DNA of 50,843 nt from a virus, in the IMG/VR virus record IMGVR_UViG_3300045988_175861. One strand, written 5' to 3'. The notes under the pieces are model-generated. The model saw only the letters and a list, made by a program, of their open reading frames with translations, searched no databases and was not told where the DNA came from. The translations under genes were made by a program, and so were the position numbers. Position 1 is the first letter of the stretch; the number at the start of each line of letters is the position of its first letter. Below are positions 40,252 through 49,553 of this stretch, in pieces.

Positions 40252-41832
40252 ATGAACATAAGGAATTTTAGAAAAGAATCATTGGCTCAGATACAGGCAA
40301 AAGCATATAAAGATGTTAATGGCGAGGTTGACCCAAAGGAGTTGTTACGACTTGAGCTGCTAGCGTCTCTTGAGAAGTACACACGAGCTATGTTTAAAGC
40401 ACAGTATCATCGTTCATTTGTTGTGAATCAGCACCATAAGATGATATTTAAAGCTTTGCAGGATGTAGTAGATGGAAAGATAACAAAGTTAAAGATTAAC
40501 ATGCCACCTAGATATTCGAAAACAGAAATTGCTGTTAAATCATTTATCAGTTGGTGCTTCGCCCTCAATCCTGTATGCAGGTTCCTACATTTATCATATT
40601 CTGACTTGCTTGTGAATGATAACTCAGCCACAGTGAGAAATATTATGATGGAGCCACTGTATAAAGAGTTGTTTCCAGATGCTGCACTAGAGAAGGAGAA
40701 AGGGTCGTCTACTAGATGGAGGACAGTGAAAGGAGGAGAGCTGTATGCTGTATCAACACAAGGACAGGTTACAGGTTTCGGAGCTGGGCATGTTGATGAA
40801 GAGGAGAACTTGACAGAAGAAGACTACCAAGGTTTGACATTTGATAGTACGCTGAACGAAGTGCTGCATCTTATAGATGCAAGGACTAACATATTCAATG
40901 GAGCAATACTTATTGACGACCCAGTCAAGCCAGAAGATGCAGAATCTGATGTGGTCAGAGAAAGGATAAATCAACGGTTTGAGAATACTATACGTAACCG
41001 TACAAACTCTCGTAATACACCAATCATAATCATAATGCAAAGGCTACATGAGCATGATTTGTGTGGATACCTTGATGAGATTGAGCCAGGTGAATGGACG
41101 ACACTCTCGCTTCCAGCTATTCAGGTTGATGAAGAAGGTAACGAAAATGCTCTGTGGCCAATGAAGCACACACTTGAGGAGTTGCATAAGATGAGAGCAA
41201 TTAACCCGCTTGTGTTTGACACACAGTATATGCAAGACCCTAAACCAAAAGAAGGCCTTATGTATCCTGAGTTTAAAACATATGTACCTGAACAACTACC
41301 AACTGGTAGAGATGCCTATAAACGATGGAATTATACAGATACTGCAGACACTGGTGCAGACCATTTATGTAGTATTTGCTTTATAGATACACCTGAATAT
41401 GCTTATGTTACTGATGTATATTTTACTGATGCGCCTATGGAAGTCACAGAGCCAAAGACCGCCGAGATGCTAGCGCTTAATCTTACTGTAAAGGCTAAGA
41501 TTGAGGCTAACAATGGTGGGCGTGGGTTTGCAAGGTCAGTAAAGAAGCATCTTAGAGTTGATATGAGAAGCTTCAGATGCTCCATAGAGCCATTTACACA
41601 GACTAACAATAAGTATGTACGTATATACACGCAGTCAGCCAATGTTATGAATGATATTTTGTTCCCAATTGGTTGGGAGAAAAAGTGGCCAAAGTTCTAT
41701 AACGCACTTACAAGTTATAGAAAGGATAATAAGAAAAGAAGCCAGCACGATGATGCTCCAGATGCTCTGACAGGTGTATATGAAATGCATGCTTCAAGAG
41801 ATAGCAAAAGAGGCATTAAGCAGAGAAACTAA
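40252..41832 (+). CDS. terL: Large terminase subunit
   Basis: 526 aa. Walker A-like NMPPRYSKTE, Walker B AILIDDPVKPED, coupling motif IIIMQRLHEHDL and a C-terminal nuclease with HDDAPDALTG. Confidence 0.9.
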   Translation: MNIRNFRKESLAQIQAKAYKDVNGEVDPKELLRLELLASLEKYTRAMFKAQYHRSFVVNQHHKMIFKALQDVVDGKITKLKINMPPRYSKTEIAVKSFISWCFALNPVCRFLHLSYSDLLVNDNSATVRNIMMEPLYKELFPDAALEKEKGSSTRWRTVKGGELYAVSTQGQVTGFGAGHVDEEENLTEEDYQGLTFDSTLNEVLHLIDARTNIFNGAILIDDPVKPEDAESDVVRERINQRFENTIRNRTNSRNTPIIIIMQRLHEHDLCGYLDEIEPGEWTTLSLPAIQVDEEGNENALWPMKHTLEELHKMRAINPLVFDTQYMQDPKPKEGLMYPEFKTYVPEQLPTGRDAYKRWNYTDTADTGADHLCSICFIDTPEYAYVTDVYFTDAPMEVTEPKTAEMLALNLTVKAKIEANNGGRGFARSVKKHLRVDMRSFRCSIEPFTQTNNKYVRIYTQSANVMNDILFPIGWEKKWPKFYNALTSYRKDNKKRSQHDDAPDALTGVYEMHASRDSKRGIKQRN

Positions 41833-41863
41833 CATATTATTAACAATTCAAATCTTATTTATT

Positions 41864-42376
41864 ATGATTACATTTCTAGCAATTTTATCAGTAGCATTGA
41901 TTTTATTATTTTTGCTATTTACATGTGTAGGTGAAAGCTTTATGGATACACCTAATTCTATCAACCAGTTGTATTATGAATTTAAAAACCCATTCTATCA
42001 AGCTCCTATGTTCTTATATGCATTTTTCACTTTGCCGCCATTACTTGAAAGCTTAGCAGAAAACAATTTTCAGTTTTTAGGATTTTTATGGGTAATATCA
42101 ATGATTGTAACAGTAATGTTTCCAAAATATAGAAATAACGACAAGACAGTTAATCTAGTAGCAACAGCAACCGCGCTCATCTTAATATTCCTAATAACAG
42201 TTGCAGTATGTCCATGGTTACTGTTAATTTGGATTGTATGGCCAGTTTATGTAGTAGTTATGATGAAAAAGATGTTTGTAGGGTATAAGTCAATGGAACG
42301 GTTTATGCTTATTAAACCTCTGCTTATAGCACAAGTGATAACTATCATTATTACTAGTATACTGGTTTTCTTGTAA
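41864..42376 (+). CDS. Polytopic membrane protein (about 5 TM helices)
   Basis: I moved the start to the ATG at 41864, because the track ORF from 41774 overlaps terL. The sequence is hydrophobic throughout (MITFLAILSVALILLFLLF..., LVATATALILIFLITVAVCPWLLLIWIVWPVYVVVMM...). Confidence 0.65.
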   Translation: MITFLAILSVALILLFLLFTCVGESFMDTPNSINQLYYEFKNPFYQAPMFLYAFFTLPPLLESLAENNFQFLGFLWVISMIVTVMFPKYRNNDKTVNLVATATALILIFLITVAVCPWLLLIWIVWPVYVVVMMKKMFVGYKSMERFMLIKPLLIAQVITIIITSILVFL

Positions 42377-42400
42377 GCAATTGAAGTGCTAAATTTCTTT

Positions 42401-42450
42401 AAAACGGATAAAAATTAAGGCAATTGTCTTTCTTTTTATCCGTTTTAATT
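42401..42450 (+). terminator. Hairpin terminator (14-bp stem)
   Basis: AAAACGGATAAAAA / TTTTTATCCGTTTT with an 18-nt loop, followed by AATTTTA. Confidence 0.7.
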
Positions 42451-42451
42451 T

Positions 42452-42459
42452 TATATTTG
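42452..42459 (+). promoter_or_regulatory. Bacteroidota-type -7 promoter box TATATTTG
   Basis: TTATATTTGCATTG lies immediately after the terminator and 89 nt upstream of the 42548 start. Confidence 0.6.
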
Positions 42460-42547
42460 CATTGAAGAAGTCTCATACTTCGATTTATCACGATATTGGT
42501 GAAGGGAAGCCAGGTCGCTAGTATTAACATTATAAAAATTATTTATT

Positions 42548-43204
42548 ATGGGATTAAACTGTGGATGTCCTCCTGGAGCGCATATTGCTGACCTCAGTAT
42601 CGCTGAATGCAAAGAAAGCATGGGACAAGTACAAAAAGTAATTATCCAACGTATTAACAAAACAGCAGGAGAGCTGAATAGCGTAGCTGTTGCTGATATA
42701 GCAAAAAAAGCTACTATGACTCCGTTCTTTTCAGCAGCAGACGGAACTAAGATGGTTATTAGCCCTTATGTTCAGAACCCTACTACAGAACCTGGAGCAG
42801 CTCGTACATTCGGTGGTGGCAACCAGACATTGGGTGGTGTTGAAATTGTAATTGGCCGTGAAGCTACAACATTTGAAGGTATCATCTATCAAGAAAGCCA
42901 AGCTACTATTGCTACATTGAAAGAATATGCATGCGAAAACATTGGTGTATATCTGATTGATGAGAATGGTAATATTGGCTGTTTGGCAGATGATATTAGT
43001 ACGCCTACTAAGTATATGCCAATTCCTATTGGCAAGTTCTTCGTTGGTGATAAGAAATTAGGTGGTTTTGAAGAACCTGACAGCAATACAATTCAATGGT
43101 CATTCTTCCCTAACTGGAGTGATAATTTTGTAATTGTAAAAACAGCAGCATTCGATTACAATCCTTTAACTGATTTGGTTAATGCAAAATCAGCTGGAGG
43201 CTAA
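42548..43204 (+). CDS. Virion structural protein, major tail (tube) protein candidate
   Basis: 218 aa, first gene behind a strong promoter. Its size and beta-rich composition fit a tube protein, and no other major tail candidate lies near the tape measure gene. The function is inferred and not recognised from any motif. Confidence 0.4.
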   Translation: MGLNCGCPPGAHIADLSIAECKESMGQVQKVIIQRINKTAGELNSVAVADIAKKATMTPFFSAADGTKMVISPYVQNPTTEPGAARTFGGGNQTLGGVEIVIGREATTFEGIIYQESQATIATLKEYACENIGVYLIDENGNIGCLADDISTPTKYMPIPIGKFFVGDKKLGGFEEPDSNTIQWSFFPNWSDNFVIVKTAAFDYNPLTDLVNAKSAGG

Positions 43205-43217
43205 AAACATATAAGTT

Positions 43218-43430
43218 ATGGTAAAGGTTAAGGCAACAATGGTAGAGCTTGAAGTCAAAAAAGACGGTATAAAACGTTCTTTTGAGATTAAGCATGCAGA
43301 GAGAATTCTCAGTATGGGCTCTACACTGAATGGTGGTTGGGAACTGCCTGACGATAGTAAATACTATTACGACGAAGACAATGGCATTAGACTTAAAACA
43401 GATAAAGCAAATACTGCTAAAGCCGAGTAA
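43218..43430 (+). CDS. Hypothetical small protein
   Basis: 70-aa ORF. Its 3' end overlaps the 5' end of the portal ORF frame. Confidence 0.5.
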   Translation: MVKVKATMVELEVKKDGIKRSFEIKHAERILSMGSTLNGGWELPDDSKYYYDEDNGIRLKTDKANTAKAE

Positions 43431-45132
43431 GAAGCAAGTTATTCAGAAAGCTGTAAAAATGCAGAAGCGTATTCGTTTCCATTCAGAGACGAACATTGCT
43501 ATTTCTGATATAAACGCACCAACCCAGGACTTTTTGTCTTGGGTTAGTTCTTTGTTGCCAAAAGACAAATACAATATTTTCTTGCAGCTTTTTAAATTTC
43601 CATTGTCAACTCCTGCCGTAGTTGAGGACGTCTATAGAGAACTCGAAAGGGTTTTCTATAGTCGTAACTCATCTTCATCATTCCAGTTTACATCTTCTGA
43701 ATTACTGGAAGATTGGGCTGATTTTAGAAAAAACAAACTGTTTGAGCCAGAGGTTTGGAAAACAAGAGGCTGGAAACAGATGCAAGTTTCACCAAATAGC
43801 ATTTTGGTAATAGACTTGCCAAAAGAACAAACATCAGAGAGACCTGAGCCATATTTTTATTGGCTTGAAATTGATGATGTTATTGATTTTGAAAGCAAGA
43901 ACTTTTCTGATTTAGATTGGTTAGTGTTTAGGCAGCCAGAAAAACAGGTAGCAGTATTCGATGATACTTACATAAGGGTGTATCAGCTAAATGACAATAA
44001 TGAAATTGAATCACTTGTTACCGAGGCAGAACATGGTTTAGGCTACTGTCCTGCCAGATTTTTCTGGTCAAACTATCTAAATGAAAGGAACAAATATATA
44101 AAGAAGAACCCAATTACAAAAGAACTCTCGAATCTTGATTGGTTGTTGTTCTTCACAATTTCTAAGCAGCATTTAGATTTATACGCACCATATCCTATAT
44201 ATAGTGCATTTGAGGCTGATTGCAACTTTGAGAATAATGAAACAGGCGATTATTGTGATGGCGGCTTTTTGAGAAATTCAAAAGGCGAATTCAAATTGCT
44301 CAATGATGGCACAGTTGAAAAATGCCCATGCTGTGGTAATAAGCGAATAGCAGGGCCAGGTTCATTCATAGAAGTTCCAGTTCCAAACTCTGTTGAAGGC
44401 ATTGGAGATATGAGGAACCCAGTGCAGATAACTACTATTGATAAAGATTCACTTGATTATAACGTTGATGAATGTGTTAGGTTGAAAAATGAGATTATAG
44501 TATCAGTAGTAGGCTCTGGTGGTACTGTAAGTGAAAAAGAAGCCATAAATGAAACGCAAGTTGCAGCTAACTTTGAATCAAAAACGTCAGTGTTAAATGC
44601 GCTCAAAACTAATTTTGAATTAGCACAGAAGTTTGTTGATGATACAATATGCAAACTAAGATATGGCGAAAATTTCATATCATCATCTGTAAGTTGGGGA
44701 ACTGAATTCTACGTATTTACTGTAAAAGAACTGTATACTAAATATGAATTGGCCAAAAAGAATGGGGCCTCCAATTCAGAGTTAGACGCTATCACCCAGC
44801 AAATACTAGAAGTTGAATATAGGAACAATCCTCTTGTATTGCAAAGAATGCTAATTCTTAAGCAATTAGAGCCATATCCGCACAGCACTTTAGATGAAGT
44901 GTTAAAACTGTATGAAAAACAGTTATTAGATGAAAAACTGGTGAAACTTAAGATAAATTTTAGTACATTTATCGAAAGATTCGAACGAGAGAATATAAAC
45001 ATAATCGAGTTTGCATCTAATAGGCCATTTAAAGATAAGATAAACATTATAACCAAAAAATTATTAGATTATGTCAACGAACAAGAAACAATCAGTCCAA
45101 GACCTCGAAAAGGCGAAGAGCAAGTTGATTGA
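43381..45132 (+). CDS. Portal protein candidate
   Basis: About 584 aa, located between the terminase and the scaffold and capsid genes. The start is uncertain: ATG at 43330, 43381 or 43459. No motif recognised; the call rests on size and synteny. Confidence 0.55.
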   Translation: MALDLKQIKQILLKPSKKQVIQKAVKMQKRIRFHSETNIAISDINAPTQDFLSWVSSLLPKDKYNIFLQLFKFPLSTPAVVEDVYRELERVFYSRNSSSSFQFTSSELLEDWADFRKNKLFEPEVWKTRGWKQMQVSPNSILVIDLPKEQTSERPEPYFYWLEIDDVIDFESKNFSDLDWLVFRQPEKQVAVFDDTYIRVYQLNDNNEIESLVTEAEHGLGYCPARFFWSNYLNERNKYIKKNPITKELSNLDWLLFFTISKQHLDLYAPYPIYSAFEADCNFENNETGDYCDGGFLRNSKGEFKLLNDGTVEKCPCCGNKRIAGPGSFIEVPVPNSVEGIGDMRNPVQITTIDKDSLDYNVDECVRLKNEIIVSVVGSGGTVSEKEAINETQVAANFESKTSVLNALKTNFELAQKFVDDTICKLRYGENFISSSVSWGTEFYVFTVKELYTKYELAKKNGASNSELDAITQQILEVEYRNNPLVLQRMLILKQLEPYPHSTLDEVLKLYEKQLLDEKLVKLKINFSTFIERFERENINIIEFASNRPFKDKINIITKKLLDYVNEQETISPRPRKGEEQVD

Positions 45133-45520
45133 GCAAAAGGCTGGCCTTGAAGCTACAAAGAAAGATGGCAAATCATGGAATGATGCAAAACAAGCAGAGC
45201 TTGATAATTGTATTGCTATGATTGCAGATACTGATGATTTGATAGAAGAAGCAAAGGCGGTAGAAGCAGCTGAAGCAGCTAAATTTAAGCCTGAAGAAGG
45301 CACAGAAAATATGCTGCATCTTAAAGTTGTAAGAGGCAGACGTTTTAACCCAATGACTGGTAAAGAGCAATCTAAGCCTTACGTGCAAACATTCAATAAA
45401 GGTGAATGGGAGAATTTCAAAAAATTCCATGCATCAATAGGCTATACAATTCTTGAAGTATTGCATGACCCGTTTGGTGATGCTGCTCAATATGTAACAA
45501 AAACAGAAGAAAGCAAATAA
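45071..45520 (+). CDS. Hypothetical head-morphogenesis protein
   Basis: 149-aa ORF that overlaps the portal 3' end by 62 nt. The N-terminal half is charged and helical. Confidence 0.55.
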   Translation: MSTNKKQSVQDLEKAKSKLIEQKAGLEATKKDGKSWNDAKQAELDNCIAMIADTDDLIEEAKAVEAAEAAKFKPEEGTENMLHLKVVRGRRFNPMTGKEQSKPYVQTFNKGEWENFKKFHASIGYTILEVLHDPFGDAAQYVTKTEESK

Positions 45521-45537
45521 CAAAAAAACTCAAAGCT

Positions 45538-46491
45538 ATGTTAACAATTGAAATGCTCAGACAAAGTACAGCTTTAGCTGGTCTTCAAGAAGCCCAGTTA
45601 AATGCCATTGCTGAAATGTCTAGAAATGATGAAAATACTGTTATAGGTACTAAGATAGGTGCATTGCATGGTCAATATGATACTGATATTTTCACTATCA
45701 CTGGAATCAAAAAGAATGATGGAGAAAAAAGTTATGATTATGCAAAGCGTGTATTATCAGAATACAAACAGAAAGCTGGGTCTACATCTGATATTCAGGC
45801 AAAACTAGACAAAGCTAACAAAGAGGTTGAAGACCTCAAAAAGAAGATTGAGAACGGTGATGGCGATGCTGCATTAAAACAGCAGCTTAAAGATGCAAAA
45901 ACTCAAGTTACGCAATTGCAAACTCAACTTCAGACTAAAGAAACTGAGTTTACAACTGAGAAAACAAAACTTGAAGATGCAATGAAGCAGATTCATGTTG
46001 ATTATGCTTTTGAAGCTGCAGTCAATGGCTTGAAGTTCAAGGCTACAATTCCTGAAAGCGTACAAAAAGCTCTTATACAGACAGCAAAATCTGAAGTGCT
46101 TTCTAAAGGTACTCCTGATTTTATTGATGATGGAAAAGGTGGTAAGATGCTAGTCATGAGAGATGCAACTGGGAATATAATCAACAATCCTAAAGCAAAC
46201 TTAAACCCGTATTCTTTAAAAGACCTGGTTCTTGAATCATCTATTAAAGATGCAATTGACTTAGGCAAGCAACAACAAGGCGGTGGAACTGGTGGCCAAG
46301 GTGGCCAAGGAGGCCAAGGCGGAAGCGGCTCAATTATAGATTTATCATCTGCAAAGACACAACTTGAAGCTGATAAGCTGATTGATAACTATATATTCTC
46401 ACAAGGTATTACTAGAGATAACCCAGAGTTTGACAAGCAATTCCAGCAAATGAGAACAGAGGCGAATGTTGCAGAACTTCCAATTAGATAA
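45538..46491 (+). CDS. Scaffolding protein
   Basis: 317 aa, highly helical and charged (KKKIENGDGDAALKQQLKDAKTQVTQLQTQLQTKETEF), with a GGGTGGQGGQGGQGGSGS linker. It lies immediately upstream of the capsid gene. Confidence 0.7.
   Translation: MLTIEMLRQSTALAGLQEAQLNAIAEMSRNDENTVIGTKIGALHGQYDTDIFTITGIKKNDGEKSYDYAKRVLSEYKQKAGSTSDIQAKLDKANKEVEDLKKKIENGDGDAALKQQLKDAKTQVTQLQTQLQTKETEFTTEKTKLEDAMKQIHVDYAFEAAVNGLKFKATIPESVQKALIQTAKSEVLSKGTPDFIDDGKGGKMLVMRDATGNIINNPKANLNPYSLKDLVLESSIKDAIDLGKQQQGGGTGGQGGQGGQGGSGSIIDLSSAKTQLEADKLIDNYIFSQGITRDNPEFDKQFQQMRTEANVAELPIR
46291..46317 (+). repeat. 9-bp tandem repeat x3 (GGTGGCCAA) encoding GGQ repeats
   Basis: GGTGGCCAAGGTGGCCAAGGAGGCCAA read directly from the sequence. 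Confidence 0.9.
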
Positions 46492-46569
46492 CTAAAAATC
46501 AAGCTAGTAGTTGTAAAAGGGTAATGCACCATACTAGCCATATATTAATAAACTAAAAACTTTTAAACT

Positions 46570-47688
46570 ATGAGCTTAGTATTAACTCGCACACAGAACA
46601 TGAGAGCGAATTCAAATTTTGATAAGTTTGAATTTCGTCCCAGTCGGTATGGAGCTCTGAATGCTTTTATGGTGCAATCAGAAGACCCTACTGGTATTTT
46701 GACAGATGAGATTAAAGAGAAGGCAAGAATGTCAATCGGCAGCGTTCTCGAAACTCCAGTTATTGACTATGACGCTGATATTACTATTGGTAATACGCGG
46801 TCATTGACAATTGCAGATAGCGAAAATACTTCAAGAATGGTTACAATTAATTTTGCTACCTATTCTTGGGGATTCACAATCGCGCCTGCAATGTATATGA
46901 ACAATGAGATTAAGATTCAGAAAGACTTCGAAACAAAGATGATGAAATACATCTATGCTTTAGCGACGAAGTTAGACCAAGTTGCTCTTGCTCAGCTTGC
47001 AGCTGATAAAACCAAGGTAATTAAAAATGCTTTGTTATATGACAAAACTGGCAATGTAATTAATGCAAAGTGGTCAGAACGTGAAAACATTTTTGGTGAC
47101 CTTGAAGTTATCATGGGAGCTAATGACTTCTATGGCCAATTACATATCGTAGGTGACCCAGGTGTAGAGAGCATCATGAAAAAGTTGCAGCAACACGGAT
47201 TGTACAATGACGTAAATAAACAGAACGAGTTTGGTACGAAAATTGTACACCTGTCAAATAATATCGCGGCAGCTGCTGGTAAATACGCACAAGGCTATGC
47301 TATCAATTCAGGTTCACTTGGCTTGTTGCATCGCTTTGAGCGTGATTGCTTGCTTGGAACAGTTTCTGGTGATGGCCATGAATGGGGTATAGTTACATTG
47401 CCTATGCTTGGCCTGCAATGTGGAACTTATTTCTACGATTCAGTTGGAGATTACAATGCAATTGGTGGTGCGGCTACAGCCGACATGGTACGTACTCGTA
47501 AAGAGCACTACGGGTTCGCTGTAGATTTGGCATTTGTAACTGCATATAATAGTGATAAAGATACATTAGCTGGGCCTATTCTTGGCTTCAACGTATCAAG
47601 TGAAGATGCTGTATATGCTAAGCCAGTTGTAGTTATGAACTCAACTAAGAATCCGGTTAACACTAAAGAGGCAACAGCTGGTGCTTAA
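46570..47688 (+). CDS. Major capsid protein
   Basis: 372 aa. It follows the scaffold gene and is followed by a strong terminator. Size and composition fit an HK97-fold coat protein. No motif recognised by eye. Confidence 0.7.
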   Translation: MSLVLTRTQNMRANSNFDKFEFRPSRYGALNAFMVQSEDPTGILTDEIKEKARMSIGSVLETPVIDYDADITIGNTRSLTIADSENTSRMVTINFATYSWGFTIAPAMYMNNEIKIQKDFETKMMKYIYALATKLDQVALAQLAADKTKVIKNALLYDKTGNVINAKWSERENIFGDLEVIMGANDFYGQLHIVGDPGVESIMKKLQQHGLYNDVNKQNEFGTKIVHLSNNIAAAAGKYAQGYAINSGSLGLLHRFERDCLLGTVSGDGHEWGIVTLPMLGLQCGTYFYDSVGDYNAIGGAATADMVRTRKEHYGFAVDLAFVTAYNSDKDTLAGPILGFNVSSEDAVYAKPVVVMNSTKNPVNTKEATAGA

Positions 47689-47757
47689 TCTTTGCAAATA
47701 TACCGGTGTATAAATAAAGAGAATAATAACAGTTTTTCAAGTTGTTATTAGCTTTGG

Positions 47758-47797
47758 CAGTAGGCATCGGACTAAGTTCGGTAGCCTACTGTTTTTC
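47758..47797 (+). terminator. Rho-independent terminator after the capsid gene
   Basis: 8-bp stem CAGTAGGC/GCCTACTG followed by TTTTTCGTTT. A smaller hairpin AATAACA/TGTTATT lies just upstream. Confidence 0.7.
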
Positions 47798-47820
47798 GTT
47801 TAAAAATAATCTATTAAGCA

Positions 47821-49113
47821 ATGGTAAGAATTAATGATATACAGTCAGCAATGCTCCACATAGTAGGATGGGAACAAAGCTATAATACTACAGAAATACA
47901 AATATCTGATAGCTTGACACGCAGTGAATCTGGCATATATTTTCAGCAAGTACATCCACTTCTTACATTGCAGAATTTATCAAGCATAGCACCAGATTTT
48001 AGCAATGTTATATATGATGAGTATGATGCTAAGCGCGTATATAAAGCTGGGGAAGTAGTATCTTACAATAAACTTTTGTACAAATCATTGCAGCAGACAG
48101 AAGGCAATTCTCCAGATGATGCAAATTTTTGGGAAGAAACAAACCCATTTTCAGAATGGCTAGAAGGAAAATCAAAAGCTAGCATAACAAAAGCTATAAC
48201 TAGGTATGTCAATGATAAGATTGTAAAAGGGACGTATAAGCAATTATGCGAAAACAGGACATTGTTTGATTCTACTGGAAGACTAGTTGATACTATCAAA
48301 AATCAAGATAACATGGTTGGTTTTGAAATAGTTCCTGTTAGGTCAAAAGGCGTTACTACGAAAATAAACAAAATAGGGTTCCAATCAAATGGAACTGGAG
48401 AGTTTGACCTGTATGTATATAATTCTTCATTAGCCAATCCTTATAATGTCATACATGTAAATAAGAATAAACCAGGTTTTATGTGGATAATTACAGATGA
48501 TTTGTATTTACCGTATGAGACTGACGAAATAGACGCAGGCGGTAGCTGGTATATATGCTATAAACAATCTGATTTAGATTTAACGAACCAATTAGCAATC
48601 AGGAAAGATAAAGATTGGTCTAAAGAACCTTGCGGAAATTGCTCAAGAAGAGAATTACAAGCATGGCAAGCTTGGTCTAAATTTTTAGAAATACATCCTT
48701 TTAGTGTCAATGAGGAAGTAATAGATGGTGAAACGCTTTGGGATGTTGAAAACAATATATACGATTATACAACTAACTTCGGCCTTAACTTAGATATATC
48801 AGTCAAATGTGATATAACTGACTTCATAGTTGCACAAAAAATGCTATTCCAAGATGTAATAGCAAAACAAGTTGCAATAGACTTCCTTAGGGAATTTGCA
48901 TACAACCCGAATGTAAGAACTAACAGAAATTCAATCAATGCATCAAGAGTTGATATTCTATACGAAATAGACGGCGATTCTTCATCAATGAAAAAATCAG
49001 GCCTAAGCTATCAGCTCGATTTAGCATTCAAAGCAATTGGGCTGAGTACAGAAGGCATAGACAGAGTGTGTATGCCGTGCAAAAATAACGGTATAAGGTA
49101 TATGCATATATAA
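47821..49113 (+). CDS. Virion protein with CBM5/12-like carbohydrate-binding signature
   Basis: 430 aa. YKAGEVVSYNKLLYKSLQQTEGNSPDDANFWEE matches the Y.aGd.V.Y.g.lYka.......P.....W pattern of CBM5/12 modules. Confidence 0.6.
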   Translation: MVRINDIQSAMLHIVGWEQSYNTTEIQISDSLTRSESGIYFQQVHPLLTLQNLSSIAPDFSNVIYDEYDAKRVYKAGEVVSYNKLLYKSLQQTEGNSPDDANFWEETNPFSEWLEGKSKASITKAITRYVNDKIVKGTYKQLCENRTLFDSTGRLVDTIKNQDNMVGFEIVPVRSKGVTTKINKIGFQSNGTGEFDLYVYNSSLANPYNVIHVNKNKPGFMWIITDDLYLPYETDEIDAGGSWYICYKQSDLDLTNQLAIRKDKDWSKEPCGNCSRRELQAWQAWSKFLEIHPFSVNEEVIDGETLWDVENNIYDYTTNFGLNLDISVKCDITDFIVAQKMLFQDVIAKQVAIDFLREFAYNPNVRTNRNSINASRVDILYEIDGDSSSMKKSGLSYQLDLAFKAIGLSTEGIDRVCMPCKNNGIRYMHI

Positions 49114-49553
49114 TGAGCGCTATAGATAACATATTAGAAAAAATAACTGAGTTTAGAGATAACCTTGATGAATACATACGCCTCGAAATCATAGAAGACG
49201 AAGCGATGATTCTTGATATGAACTCTCAATCGCAGTTGTTTGAAAAAGGAATAACTAGAGAGGGCATAAGAATAGATAGCTACGCGCCATATTCTCCTAG
49301 AACCATACAGGTTAAACTCGCAAAATCACAGCCTACTAACAGAGTAACATTAAGAGATACAGGAGATTTTCAAGGTTCATTCGTGCTAATTATAAATGAA
49401 GATAGATTTTTTATTGATGCGACTGACTGGAAAACAAGTAAACTAGGCGAAAAATATGGTGAACAGATATTTGGGTTGACAGACGAAAATATGGAAGAAC
49501 TAGCTTGGGAATATTTATATCCTATGTTGCTTGATAAACTTAAAAGCTTATGA
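49113..49553 (+). CDS. Hypothetical head-tail connector region protein
   Basis: 146-aa ORF with an ATGA overlap on both sides. Confidence 0.6.
   Translation: MSAIDNILEKITEFRDNLDEYIRLEIIEDEAMILDMNSQSQLFEKGITREGIRIDSYAPYSPRTIQVKLAKSQPTNRVTLRDTGDFQGSFVLIINEDRFFIDATDWKTSKLGEKYGEQIFGLTDENMEELAWEYLYPMLLDKLKSL

Noticed and set aside
41774-41863. Upstream extension of the membrane protein ORF (start at 41774) and of 50160..50189
   Set aside because: The extensions overlap the 3' ends of terL and the preceding gene by 59 and 29 nt and encode non-hydrophobic leader sequence. ATGs at 41864 and 50190 lie just after the upstream stops and begin the hydrophobic domains.
47693-47700. Minus-strand TATATTTG box just after the capsid gene stop as an antisense promoter
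   Set aside because: It is an isolated motif with no downstream minus-strand ORF, since it would transcribe antisense to the capsid gene. It is probably a chance occurrence next to the terminator hairpins. I cannot exclude an antisense RNA.
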